A stretch of DNA of 64,000 nucleotides from Ranitomeya imitator (lineage: Eukaryota), in assembly GCF_032444005.1 (NCBI RefSeq), contig NC_091282.1:307706001-307770000 (forward strand). The letters run 5' to 3'. How positions within the stretch are numbered: position 1 is the first letter of the stretch; the number at the start of each line of letters is the position of its first letter. The notes beneath the pieces are model-generated. The model searched no databases. It was not told the DNA's origin and worked only from the letters and a program-made list of their open reading frames with translations. Positions 1-12,704 of this stretch are shown here, piece after piece. The translations under genes and the position numbers were made by a program.

Positions 1-60
1 CGTTTCGACCAAGCTGTCTTTATTACAGCTGTGATAAAGACCGCTTGGTCGAAACGCGTC
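1..60. repeat. Inverted repeat with a degenerate Penelope-type minimal hammerhead-like motif (cut by window edge)
   Basis: cgtttcgaccaagc...gcttggtcgaaacg arms centred on AGCT; right arm reads TGATAAA-gacc-gctt-ggtc-GAAAC-GC-GTC. Confidence 0.55.
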
Positions 61-169
61 GCTCGCCTTACTATGTGTATGATGCCGTCCCAGGAGTTGT
101 CTCCTTATTTTAATATGTTGGATTAAACTTTTATATTTTATTTGGAAGCTGGATTATCTTTTCGTTTTC

Positions 170-1335
170 TTGGTTATTAATGGAACACACTCGGACTGGG
201 TAGCGGTTAGCAGTGGGGTACCACAGGGGTCAGTATTGGGCCCTCTTCTTTTTAACATATTTATTAATGACCTTGTAGGGGGCATTCAGAGTAGAATTTC
301 AATATTTGCAGATGACACTAAACTCTGCAGGGTAATCAATACAGAGGAGGACAATTTTATATTACAGGATGATTTATGTAAACTAGAAGTTTGGGCTGAT
401 AAATGGCAAATGAGCTTTAATAGGGATAAATGTAAGGTCATGCACTTGGGTAGAAGTAATAAGATGTATAATTATGTGCTTAATTCTAAAACTCTGGGCA
501 AAACCGTCAATGAAAAAGACCTGGGTGTATGGGTGGATGACAAACTCATATTCAGTGGCCAGTGTCAGGCAGCTGCTACAAAGGCAAATAAAATAATGGG
601 ATGCAGTAAAAGAGGCATAGATGCTCATGAGGAGAACATAATTTTACCTCTATACAAGTGACTTGTTCGACCACACTTAGAATACTGTGCACAGTTCTGG
701 TCTCCGGTGTATAAGAAAGACATAGTTGAACTGGAGCGGGTGCAGAGAAGAGCGACCAAGGTTATTAGAGGACTGGGGGGTCTGCAATACCAAGATAGGT
801 TATTACACTTGGGGCTGTTTAGTTTGGAAAAACGAAGGCTAAGGGGTGATCTTATTTTAATGTATAAATATATGAGGGGACAGTACAAAGACCTTTCTGA
901 TGATCTTTTTAATCATAGACCTGAAACCGGGACAAGGGGGCATACTCTACGTTTGGAGGAAAAAAGGTTTAAGCATAATAACAGACGAGGATTCTTTACT
1001 GTAAGAGCAGTGAGACTATGGAACTCTCTGCCGTATGATGTTGTAATGAGTGATTCATTACTTACATTTAAGAGGGGACTGGATACATTTCTGGAAAAGT
1101 ATATTGTTACAGGGTATATACACTAGATTCCTTGATAGGGCGTTGATCCAGGGAACTAGTCTGATTGCCGTATGTGGAATCGGGAAGGAATTTTTTTCCC
1201 CAAAGTGGAGCTTACTCTTTGCCACATTTGCCTCTGGTTCAACATGTTAGGGCAAGTTAGGTTAGGCTATGGGTTGAACTAGATGGACTTAAAGTCTTCC
1301 TTCAACCTTAATAACTATGTAACTATGTAACTATG
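170..1335 (+). mobile_element. 5'-truncated CR1 LINE (RT C-terminal half, 3' UTR, octamer tail)
   Basis: [50 protein letters not shown] and LEKRRLRGDLI lie in one frame with a single premature TGA at 659-661; tail (TAACTATG)x3 at 1312-1335. Confidence 0.95.
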
Positions 1336-1607
1336 ATTTAATTGCATAAAAATTAAAAGTTGGAAAATTGCGAAATTTGAAATTTTCGCCAAATTTCCGT
1401 TTTTTTTCCACAAATAAACGCAGGTAATATCAAAGAAATGTTACCACTATCATGAAGTACAATATGTCACGAGAAAACAATGTCAGAATCACCGGGATCC
1501 GTTGAAGCGTTCCAGAGTTATAACCTCATAAAGGGACAGTGGTCAGAATTGTAAAAATTGGCCTGGTCATTGACATGCAAACCACTCCTCTGGGGTAAAG
1601 GGGTTAA
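1336..1607. mobile_element. End fragment of a TTAA (piggyBac-like) non-autonomous DNA transposon
   Basis: Ends AAAGGGGTTAA; related sequence recurs around 34680-34860. Confidence 0.55.
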
Positions 1608-3329
1608 TACACCTATTTACTATTCACTTGCCTTATGCACCATAGTGCCACCCCTTCTAGCAATTCCCCACAATGGGTATACCTAGCACAGCATTGATCC
1701 TCCCCTACGGTATGGTGCTGGCCTCCACCGATAGATCTTGAGCTGAATGCTAGCGCTGACCCTGGACTGAAATTGTCCAGCATTGGTAACATGCACCAGT
1801 AATCTCCCGCAAACTATGGGCAGACCAATGTGGAAAGTGATCTGTCCCTGTACTGCAGTGTAAGGCTTTCTGAAGGCCTAGGAGAAAATGACTGCATTTT
1901 TATGGGTAGCCTTCGAATATAATACATTCCTGGTTTGTGCTGATTGCACGGTATCTTGTAGCATTGACACCTGCAAATATCAAGGCCTGCTTCAGTGTGT
2001 AGGTGGAAATAAATATATAATTGTGCGAATCCTCAGCTCCTCATTGGATGGCAGATCCACACATGAAATCAAAGGTGTCCGTGCACACAAGTATATATAC
2101 GGTTTTATTTTTTCTATTTGTTTGATTTTTAGTAAATTATTCTTTTTTTTATTGATCTGGACCACACCATCCCCCTTCTTAGCTGCTTCCACTTAGGATC
2201 ACAATCCTCATTAGTCCCGGTAGTAAATCTGTAAATGATACAGTTCCAATCGCCCGCATCCATACTCGTTAGATGCGTTCCTCATGTAACTCATTTTAGG
2301 TTTGCACGGCGGTGGGCGTGAGATGTGTACGTATAGGAGGCTGTTTGGCAACCAGTGGCCTCATTGTAATTTAAATTGACCTGTTCGGCTGCCCCTCGCC
2401 CTCATTGTTCCTGCTCACTGTGCAGAAATGAGATGCTGCATTCCACGGCCTGTGTGACCCTAGGAAAAAAGAAATCTGCAAGCGAGGCAGTATCCTAAGC
2501 CGCCCTGTGAACTGGCAAGAAGCATCTGCTATGTGTATGAAATAATTCACCCCTAATTGCATTATTTAGGCAGATTGGGCAATCTGTGATATTGCAGTCA
2601 TGCTGGCAGTTTGCACAGCTAAATTACTGAATCGCTCATGTGCCACATATGCTTTTTTTTCTCGAACTGCTTGCTTTGGAATACACTGCTCAATGACAGT
2701 AAAGTGTGATATTTTTTTTCCTTTCCCATATCCTATTGGCCCAGAGGAGATTTATTCTGGATCCATGGTAACAGTATTGGAACCGGGAGGATCTTCAATA
2801 TCACAATGCCTGCTATCTCAGTAGCTGCCTGATGGACTGTTGAGAAGGGCAGCACATTTCTGTATCAATAATGCCCCTTCAGAAGACGGCTCCAGCTAGC
2901 CATGCATTTCAAAGCCGCTGTGAACTAGAAAGGTTTGAGCCATTCCCCCGGCATCCGTCTACTTGCACATCCTCTGAATATTTTAGCTTGCCTCTTGCAC
3001 AGACACCGTCGTCACATCAGCATGATGGTTGAGTGTATTGAGAAAGCAGGGCAAACATCCTTGTAACTGCGCGCCTGAAGGGGTGGCATTGACCATCATT
3101 GATGGCTACTTGTTCTATCAGGTGAAATGATCTCGGAACTCTAGTAATCTTGGAGAAAGGGGGCTGTTCTTGCTCGGAGGGGATGGAGGGGTTAATATCG
3201 TGTTGCTGTAATAGATTTCATAGCAGTGACTCAGTCTGCCAGTTCCTGAGAGAGCACAAGCTGCAGTGCTGGTGCAGCTAATGAAGCGGGTTCTTGGGTT
3301 GTAATCCTCATTTCTCTCATTCTGACCAG

Positions 3330-3513
3330 CTCCTCCTCCATTCGTTCCTACATTAAAGTCTGACGATGACACCTCAAATTTTGACGAACCGGAGAAGAAT
3401 TTACGGGCTTTACCCTCTTCGGGCCACTTGAGCGCTGCAGGTTTCTCGGGCGAAGGGCTGCCGTTTGTGGGCTTTTCATACATCAAGGCTCTTGGCGCAT
3501 TCACCAAATCTGA
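3330..3513 (+). CDS. CIT: Citron kinase exon: AGC-kinase C-terminal tail ([22 protein letters not shown]...[19 protein letters not shown])
   Basis: ctgaccag|...|gtaagt; 184 bp; hydrophobic motif FVGFSY; joins the next exon in frame (GA|G). Confidence 0.95.
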
Positions 3514-5520
3514 GTAAGTACAACGAATGTGTGACTGTCCTGACTTGGCCGGAGAATGCAGGTTCCTGTGACCTGCAGTGCTGTTTGTATGCTATCTGCA
3601 TCACACTACGCCTGCTGACATGAAGACATATACATCTCCATGGTTTCTTCTGTTTTCTCATGTACCTACTGATAAGTCCATATTAAAGGCTACCTTACCT
3701 AATGTGATTGCCTGCTGGATCCAAGTCTAGTCTGATACCTTCTAGAATGAGATGTAATAAGGCTTGAAAAGAACATCTAAAATCAACAGGCTATGGTATA
3801 AATGAATACATCCATATAGCCTGGCTGGTGACCTGCTGGGTTCTGGGTTCTGCAGAGGTTTTCTGGACCAGCATTAAAGTACTTAACGTCTATACATTTA
3901 TTTCATTAGTAAAATGGGAATGCTTTCTTCAAACTTTGGCTAGAAAGGGTGGATCCGCCGTTTCACAGTCTGACCCTGGTAAACATGTCAGGAGGAAAGA
4001 GTCAGGTCCTGGTGGATGTGCTGAAGCCGTGGTGGTAATCCTTCAATATTCAGGTTGTAACACCTTTAAGATGAAAGGACGCCAGGCTTCTCCGAAGAGT
4101 CTTTGATATTCCATAGAAGCACATTTATCTGCATAGTTCCTGCAGCAGTGGAAGTGTGACACATCTACATTGTATCGGGAGTACTTTAATAACCTGGCTG
4201 CTGTTATGCAATCGCCGTTTATGTATTCGTGAGCTCCATTCGAAATTACCCTTCTATTTTGAGAGGAGTCTTGGAGATGGATGGCACAGATTTTTTTTTC
4301 TTTTTGCCTGACCCAATATTTGAAGCTTTTGCAAATAATCCTGTATAATGGCACAATGGCCTGCTCTATCCCAATATTGGAAATTGGTTTTGCACTGTAT
4401 TTGTTGTGCATGATTTTTGGCTCTTAAAATCGTTGCTCATGTCTGGTGACCAAGTCTGAACTATTAATATACATTTTATTAGTCATTACTGTGTAAGGCT
4501 TTTCTAAATGACAATTTTAGTGCTTTAATCATTTTTATTATATTTTGTATAGGCAGCATAAAGGGTCGTTGCTGTATGGCCCAGATTTGTAGCCTTTTGG
4601 GGCTCGTTGCGGGCCTAATAGGCTCAGCAATGATGTTGGATCATTTCCATAATCTTACTTGCTTATATGGGTAATACACATCATGTTTTACTTAAAAAAT
4701 AAAATTAAATAAAAAGAAATCACCGTTTCTGTATGATCGGCCTATTGGCTGGCCAGCTAACATATAGTAGTAGTAGTAGTAGTAGCTAATTTTGATCAAG
4801 TAGTGAACAATATATTTTTATGTACTATGGTATTCCGTATAGCGCCAACTTATATTGCAGCACTATATAGACATTATCACCACTCACTGTCCCCATTGGG
4901 GCTCATAATCTAAATCCCTCTTTTTTTTTCTTCTTGTTTTTAGTTATTCTTATAGGTTAGAATTTCCAACATTGCTTTGGTGATCTTTTTTCAATAAGCC
5001 CCCGGTAGGAGTGTCGCAATCATAACAGGAAGTCCTAGAAAATCTGTGATCATTAATATAATTTATGGCTATTTGATTAATGCCAGAGATTTTGGCTTTT
5101 AGCAACCTTTATTTTTGAGTGCACTTACGTGATATTACTCTAGGTAGGAGGCAGGAATTATAAATTATTCTTGCATCATATGAAAGGCAATGTGATGTCA
5201 TGATGACCCAGATTTGTGCATCCCGAGACATGAGTAATTGATGGAGGATGACACTGGCAGTGGTTGCTTTTGTCATTTCTATGTGCGACAGATGATTACT
5301 GAAGGTGTATGAATGGTAGGGGAATGAGATGTTAGCAGGAGATGTATGACGAGGGTTATTCAAGTGAATTAAGAAAAGGCCTTCAATGACTAGACTGAAA
5401 GGCAATGTCACCTTTTAGATGGTATTCAATGACCGAATGTTGGCTTGTGAAGATAAATATCGTATGCATACGTATGTATTTAGGCTTTCGTTTTACAATG
5501 TTCTATCATCTGTTATTCAG

Positions 5521-5626
5521 GTCCATTGTTTCTGGCTTGGACTCTCCAGCCAAGGCAAGCTCCATGGAGAAGAAGTTATTTCACAAGAGCAAAGAGCTGC
5601 AGGACACACAGGACAAATGCCACAAG
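5521..5626 (+). CDS. CIT: Citron kinase exon ([35 protein letters not shown])
   Basis: ttattcag|...|gtattt; 106 bp; matches recalled mammalian [35 protein letters not shown]. Confidence 0.95.
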
Positions 5627-6306
5627 GTATTTAAATCAACACTTGGCCTCCCTGTTTGCAGCAGAAATTTACTTCCAGTGCGTTCCTGGGGATCAAGAGA
5701 GTGGTTTTATCTTTTGGGTCATAGAGCACTTGAGCGACAAGCGTCCGTCATAAAGATGTTCTCACAGATTAACAGTCCTTTTAGTCTTTCAAGTCTCGAC
5801 TGACTACACTGGATCTCCCACGTTACACCAAGTATAGGAGAGAACCGCCTTGTGTGGGAGACAAGGACAGCTGACTACGTCAACGGATCGATTAATCTGA
5901 TACTTATGTGGTGTTTTCAAAAAAGTAGACCTTCCTTCTATGCTCATGTAAATCATATTATATTAACTTTTGTATGCAACCGATGGTCTTGCCCAAAGAA
6001 AATGGCTGGAATGTGATTATTCTTTTATACTGGACACTTTCTGAAGGACCCATATTTTTTTTATTCACAATATATGTGATAATGATGAGGCAAACCATCT
6101 TCTCTCCAGATCTGGATTTGGGATAATACTGACGGGACATGAGCAGGTGAAAATGACTATCTTACCGGAAAGCTGTACGCTGTGGGCTTTTTCATTGGAC
6201 TGTGTGTAAATGTGACCAGCCAGCCTGTGGATGACTTTGTGAGCCCACCATTAGAAGAAGTGAGCTCGCTGCGACTAATTCGGGCACTAGTTGTGGCAGT
6301 AAATAG

Positions 6307-6597
<291 letters not shown>

Positions 6598-6758
6598 TGA
6601 TTCATAGCAAATACCGTAATAATGTGAAGCACTAAGTTATCCTTAGTTATATATGTGTTTCATTGTCCTCCCCAGTTATTGGTTTATATAAAAGAATTAT
6701 TTTTTCTAGATTGTTGACTACAGTTGTCTGAGATTCAGATTTTACATAAGTTTAATGC

Positions 6759-6923
6759 CATGGTCACACTATCAGTATTTGGTCAGTATTTTACATCAGT
6801 ATTTGTAAGCCAAAGTCAGGAGTGGGTGATAAATGCAGAAGTGGTGATGTGTTTCTACTATGATTTTGGCTTACAAGTACTGATATAAAATACTGACCAA
6901 ATACTGAATGTGTGAGCGTGGCC
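6759..6923. mobile_element. Palindromic MITE-like repeat
   Basis: tcagtatttggtcagtatttt...aaaatactgaccaaatactga inverted arms; related copy at about 7820-8130 is split by another MITE. Confidence 0.55.
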
Positions 6924-8760
6924 AAATAGTGAAAAGGGAAATTGCCAGATCACATATGTTTTCATCTTTTGATTTTGGAAAGCTTGGAGCAGAAGATGTT
7001 GGAAGGCGGTGATTAATTGAAAAAGGAGTTGGGCTCGTCCAGCTTGATCCATAAATGTAAGTGGATAAATGTTTGAAATAAAGTGCTAATTTTAACCAAT
7101 TTGAATCAAGCTAGACAAACCCACTTCCTTTTAAAAAAAAAAAAGTGTAATAGTGCAACTTGTTGGCTCACAAGATCATTCAGGATGATTATTAAGATGG
7201 TCATACACTCTAGTTAGCTATTCCCCAGCTGAGCATGCATGGGGAAATTGGAGTGAACTGCTACCAGTCACCTGTGGAAGCCTGTCTCGCATAAGAATGG
7301 AAGGATTGAGCATGTTGAAGATCAACATGCCCAACATCTTCTCGTTCGTCTGTCATCTGCTGTTGTGGGAGTTGAAGAATCGCCATCCGTATTAGATGGT
7401 CAGCTTGTTGTGCTGAAATCAGCATGTTGATTTTTGCTTTCATCTTCGGTGTATGGGCACTTTTACGCACTTAATAGGCACGTTGGACACTTGTACGTCA
7501 TAGTGGTATAGTTTGAACAGTTGTAAGATGGATTGAATGCTCTATTGATTAGGGGAAGTAAATTTTACCTACTAGTAATATATTGTATTATTTTTTTTAC
7601 ATTGATGATAGTTTGACCAAGTAGCACTGCCACTGTATGCCACTTATACGTTTGTGTAGGAAATACATTTTCCAGTTGGAGTATTTTTTATGTTGGTTTA
7701 AAAAGTAGGATATATATGTAACAATATCAGGTAAGTAAAATCTGTAGTGCCCTATGACTCAAAATAGAAGCCTCATTTTTAGTTGTTGTCTGAAATTACC
7801 CTTTGAAGTTACTCCAACCTTGTTCACATGGCAGTATTTCACTTCAGTATTTTGTAAGGATGCTTTCACACTGCGGTCAGGCACCCGTTGAGTGGTGGTA
7901 GTAGACTGCGCCTAAGTGTCCGCCTCCAGTAGGCATACACTCCCGAAAATGATGTGCGACAGAGCTGACGTTCGCTCTGCCGAGCCTGAGTGCAGTGCGA
8001 GAGCACCCAAAGCTAAAACCAGGAGTGGGTCAGAAATACCGAAATTGTGCAGATATTTGTGTTACACTTTTTCTCTACAGTTTGGCTTATAAATACTGAT
8101 GTAAAATGCTGACCAAACTGATGTGTGAATGTGTGCTGATTCTCATCTTATTTGCACAGTTATTTGCTCTATAGCCAATCCATTTGATAGAATTGGTCCC
8201 TCTTGTTTTCCACGGATTCCAGAGATAATAAAATGTAACAATATTATTATGAGTTAGAATAAGTTAGAATGCAATTATCAATCAGATTCATCTTTTTTTA
8301 ATATCTGTCAGTTTATTCAAAAATCTATTGTAATTGAGGCTTAGGGTCAAAAAAACATTTTTTTTATGGGGATACAGCACATTATCTACTTTTGATCAGT
8401 AGGAAATGTGCGATAACTGACTTGAACAATGCTTGTCCACAAGCGCAGACGTTATCGGCCGACTGCAGTCCACAGTCTGTAGGAGATGTTACTGCTAAAT
8501 TCCTGCACTCGATGTATAAAGATAGCCCAGGTTCTTATATTAGACAATTCTTCCAAAAAAATGATTCCTAAAATATAGTGAAACTTTTTGCTTATATTAA
8601 GCAACTACCAAGCACTACCAACATTCCAGCACTCCCAATATTCGTTTACTATAAAGTCCCATTCATAAGCTTTGATAACTCATCCTGTTTTATTGCTCTA
8701 GCTTGTGTCTCTGTTTGAAGTATCAAAAATTGAATGCATAATAGAGTGCATGGCAAGGCT

Positions 8761-8764
<4 letters not shown>

Positions 8765-8815
<51 letters not shown>
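8765..8815. repeat. (TA)n microsatellite
   Basis: Uninterrupted TA run. Confidence 0.97.
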
Positions 8816-8819
<4 letters not shown>

Positions 8820-9982
8820 TTTGGAAACAGAGAAGTGGTTGCGCTTGTTCGGTTGTAAGTTGCTTTAAAGAGGTATATAATATTGATTAACCATCCTTAG
8901 ATTTGGTCATCAATATCAGGTCTTTGGGGGCCCCAATACTTGACACCCCGGTCGATACCTTGGTTTTAGCTCCATTTTGCGGCCAAATGTAACCATTAAT
9001 CACAGCTGAACAGTACCACTCTGCTGATTTTGCAGAAGCTGCTGCCGAAAACTGCAGATCAGCTACTATTTTCTTCTGCTCTGCAGTACCATGCAGCAAC
9101 CTCTACACATTGAACAAAACTGTGCTGCTCAGGTCTGTTCAATGTTTCCATCCAGTGGAGCTATCAGTAGGTGTTCTGGGTTTCGGACCCCAATCTATCT
9201 GATATTAATCACCTGTCCTGAGGATGGATAGGTCATCAATATTTTATACCTAGACAACCACTTTAGATATATCAACCAAACATCTGATTCTAGCGGGAGC
9301 AGCGAGCTTCTAAAATGCATGAGGGTGTACCAACTGTACCACAGGAACATCTGTCACGGGAAATGATGCTTGGTTACGTTGACGGTGTCATGCTGGAATC
9401 ATTTGTTTTCAGGTTATCAGCCGGTTGGAGGAAAATAGTAAAACTTAACTTTTAATCAATAGGTTAAAATCTAGAAAGTGCCGGAAAATAGTGCAAAAAA
9501 GTGCTTGTGCTTCAACCATAAGTGCAAATAAAAACCAAACAAATAGCAATTGTACATACCACGTATCTCAATTTTTAGAGACAGTAATTAGGGCTATTGT
9601 GTCAAAAAATCCTTTAGCGCCCCTAAATATCATGAAAGATTAATATATCTGTCTCTTGCAAATAAAAGACTCTTCTCTTTCAGATCTCTTATGCAGTCAG
9701 TTATATCACCATAGACAAACCACTTCATATATACCCACCTTAAATATACAGCAAGACCACAGAAGACGCATCTCTGTATATAGGTATCAGTGCAGTCAAT
9801 ATCTGACCCTCAATTGCACTTATATTATGTGGTCAATTGTTCACCGCCAATATGCAAGTGTCTCTTATGGAAACATTTAGTGGTAGTACAACATTTAAGA
9901 AAGCTCAGAGATTACAGACTCTCCATATTGTAGTATATTACCCAAAGACATCACCAGAATACATAAGTACCTCCCACCTGGG

Positions 9983-10285
9983 GCAGGCATGTTCGATACA
10001 TGACTCAAATGGGTATATTTCTCAAAGAAAAGGGTTTTATACTCATCTGCTCGTTTACCGTAGGTTTGATGTCGCTACCCCCCCTGATGAGTCAAAAGAT
10101 GAAACGCGTAGGGAGACACCAATCGCTAAAAGGATAAGGCGGCATGGCAAACACAGACCAATGCCGGACATGAGATCCTGGATACTCAGATAAGGCACCG
10201 GTTGAATATCTGGTCGCGCAGATGAGTATAAAACCCTTTTCTTTGAGAAATATACCCAATTGAGTCATGTATCGAACATGCCTGC
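9983..10285. mobile_element. Penelope-type relic: 68-bp inverted arms enclosing a hammerhead motif
   Basis: 9983-10050 is the reverse complement of 10218-10285 with one mismatch. Confidence 0.7.
10078..10120 (+). ncRNA. Minimal type I hammerhead ribozyme motif
   Basis: ccc-CTGATGA-gtc-aaaa-gat-GAAA-C-GC-GTA-ggg: intact core, 3-bp stem II, palindromic stem III. Confidence 0.7.
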
Positions 10286-10340
10286 TCAGCCTGATCTTCT
10301 TCATAGCCTGCTATTTTCACTACATAATGCAATACTGTAT

Positions 10341-11767
10341 TGCTGTGGAGTCGTAGTGGAGATGAATCTGTGCTACACTTTCTGTAAATGCTCAGTAGTG
10401 AGACAGTGCTGTGGAGTCGTAGTGGAGATGAATCTGTGCTACACTTTCTGTAAATGCTCAGTAGTGAGGCAGTGCTGTGGAGTCGTAGTGGAGGTGAATC
10501 TGTGCTACACTTTCTGTAAATGCTCAGTAGTGAGGCAGTGCTGTGGAGTCGTAGTGGAGGTGAATCTGTGCTACACTTTCTGTAAATGCTCAGTAGTGAG
10601 GCAGTGCTGTGGAGTCGTAGTGGAGGTGAATCTGTGCTACACTTTCTGTAAATGCTCAGTAGTGAGGCAGTGCTGTGGAGTCGTAGTGGAGGTGAATCTG
10701 TGCTACACTTTCTGTAAATGCTCAGTAGTGAGGCAGTGCTGTGGAGTCGTAGTGGAGGTGAATCTGTGCTACACTTTCTGTAAATGCTCAGTAGTGAGGC
10801 AGTGCTGTGGAGTCGTAGTGGAGGTGAATCTGTGCTACACTTTCTGTAAATGCTCAGTAGTGAGGCAGTGCTGTGGAGTCGTAGTGGAGGTGAATCTGTG
10901 CTACACTTTCTGTAAATGCTCAGTAGTGAGGCAGTGCTGTGGAGTCGTAGTGGAGGTGAATCTGTGCTACACTTTCTGTAAATGCTCAGTAGTGAGGCAG
11001 TGCTGTGGAGTCGTAGTGGAGGTGAATCTGTGCTACACTTTCTGTAAATGCTCAGTAGTGAGGCAGTGCTGTGGAGTCGTAGTGGAGGTGAATCTGTGCT
11101 ACACTTTCTGTAAATGCTCAGTAGTGAGGCAGTGCTGTGGAGTCGTAGTGGAGATGAATCTGTGCTACACTTTCTGTAAATGCTCAGTAGTGAGGCAGTG
11201 CTGTGGAGTCGTAGTGGAGGTGAATCTGTGCTACACTTTCTGTAAATGCTCAGTAGTGAGGCAGTGCTGTGGAGTCGTAGTGGAGATGAATCTGTGCTAC
11301 ACTTTCTGTAAATGCTCAGTAGTGAGGCAGCGCTGTGGAGTCGTAGTGGAGATGAATCTGTGCTACACTTTCTGTAAATGCTCAGTAGTGAGGCAGCGCT
11401 GTGGAGTCGTAGTGAAGATGAATCTGTGCTACACTTTCTGTAAATGCTCAGTAGTGAGGCAGCGCTGTGGAGTCGTAGTGAAGATGAATCTGTACTACAC
11501 TTTCTGTAAATGCTCAGTAGTGAGGCAGCGCTGTGGAGTCGTAGTGAAGATGAATCTGTGCTACACTCTCTGTAAATGCTCAGTAGTGAGGCAGCGCTGT
11601 GGAGTCGTAGTGAAGATGAATCTGTGCTACACTTTCTGTAAATGCTCAGTAGTGAGGCAGTGCTGTGGAGTCGTAGTGAAGATGAATCTGTGCTACACTT
11701 TCTGTAAATGCTCAGTAGTGAGGCAGTGCTGTGGAGTCGTAGTGAAGATGAATCTGTGCTACACTTT
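10341..11767. repeat. 66-bp minisatellite, 21 full units plus a partial unit
   Basis: Unit tgctgtggagtcgtagtggaggtgaatctgtgctacactttctgtaaatgctcagtagtgaggcag; starts at 10341, 10407 ... 11727. Confidence 0.98.
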
Positions 11768-12704
11768 ATGAACATTCTCAGTAGGGGGCAAAAGAAGCCA
11801 CATTTTTTTAAACTTCTGAATGTTTTTAGCACATTCAAATAATGAGAAAAAAGCATAAGCAAATAAGGGACCCCTAATTGTACTAACCTGGACAATCATG
11901 TAGACAGGTGACTTTTACCATACTGTCAACACCGTACAAACATAACCTAAAAAATAATGGTGGAATTGCATATTTTCACCATTTCATCTCACATGGATTC
12001 AAACCCCCCCCCCTCCAATATTTTTCAGTTTTTCAGAACATTGATTAAATGGATAGTGTTATACAGGCGAGTATCTACACAGCCAACTGCATGGATCTCA
12101 GCTGCAGATCCTTCATATGTGCTATACTTCTGCTTCTCCTTTGTTTGTTGGCCCCTTGTGGCTGTCAGACCAATGCTTGAGAGTGGCTGTCATTCACTAA
12201 TTAGGACAACGGGTATATATTAAGCAATAATCCAAACAAAATTGCTTGTTGTGACTGATAAAAAAGTTAATGTTATGACCTGTCACTGTCATGATAGCAT
12301 GTCCTTCGTTAAGAGGTTGTCTGATGAAATTGCAGTGATGACGTACCTGTAGGATATATCATTAATATCAGATTTGTGGTTGTCCGGGCAACACATTGTT
12401 TAGCTGTTACAAACTCCATCGGCTGTCTGATGTAAACACTTAAAACGGAGCCGGAAAGCACTGCTTTACTCAATGTGTAGCCGCTGTTGCTTGGTTCTGC
12501 ACAACATCTGCTATCAAAAGAAAAGGAGCTGTTCTTCAGCACCCAACAGCGGCTGCTATATGTTAAATGGCCCCTTCAAACTGTTTACCATCTGTTCTCT
12601 ATCAGAGCAAATATCAACTGATCAGGATAGGTCATCAATATTATTTTACCACCCCATATAATTGTATGACTTGGGTATCTGCTCTTAGCTCTTCATGCGT
12701 GGTA

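Noticed and set aside
3118-3507. 129-aa minus-strand ORF
   Set aside because: Antisense shadow of the CIT exon at 3330-3513.
10341-11767. CRISPR-like array
   Set aside because: Units are head-to-tail with no unique spacers, there are no cas genes, and the context is vertebrate.
10186-11895. 503-aa Cys-rich (+) and 569-aa (-) ORFs
   Set aside because: Both are the 66-bp tandem unit (a multiple of 3) read through. They lie in an intron, have no unique domain, and the listed starts are not ATG.
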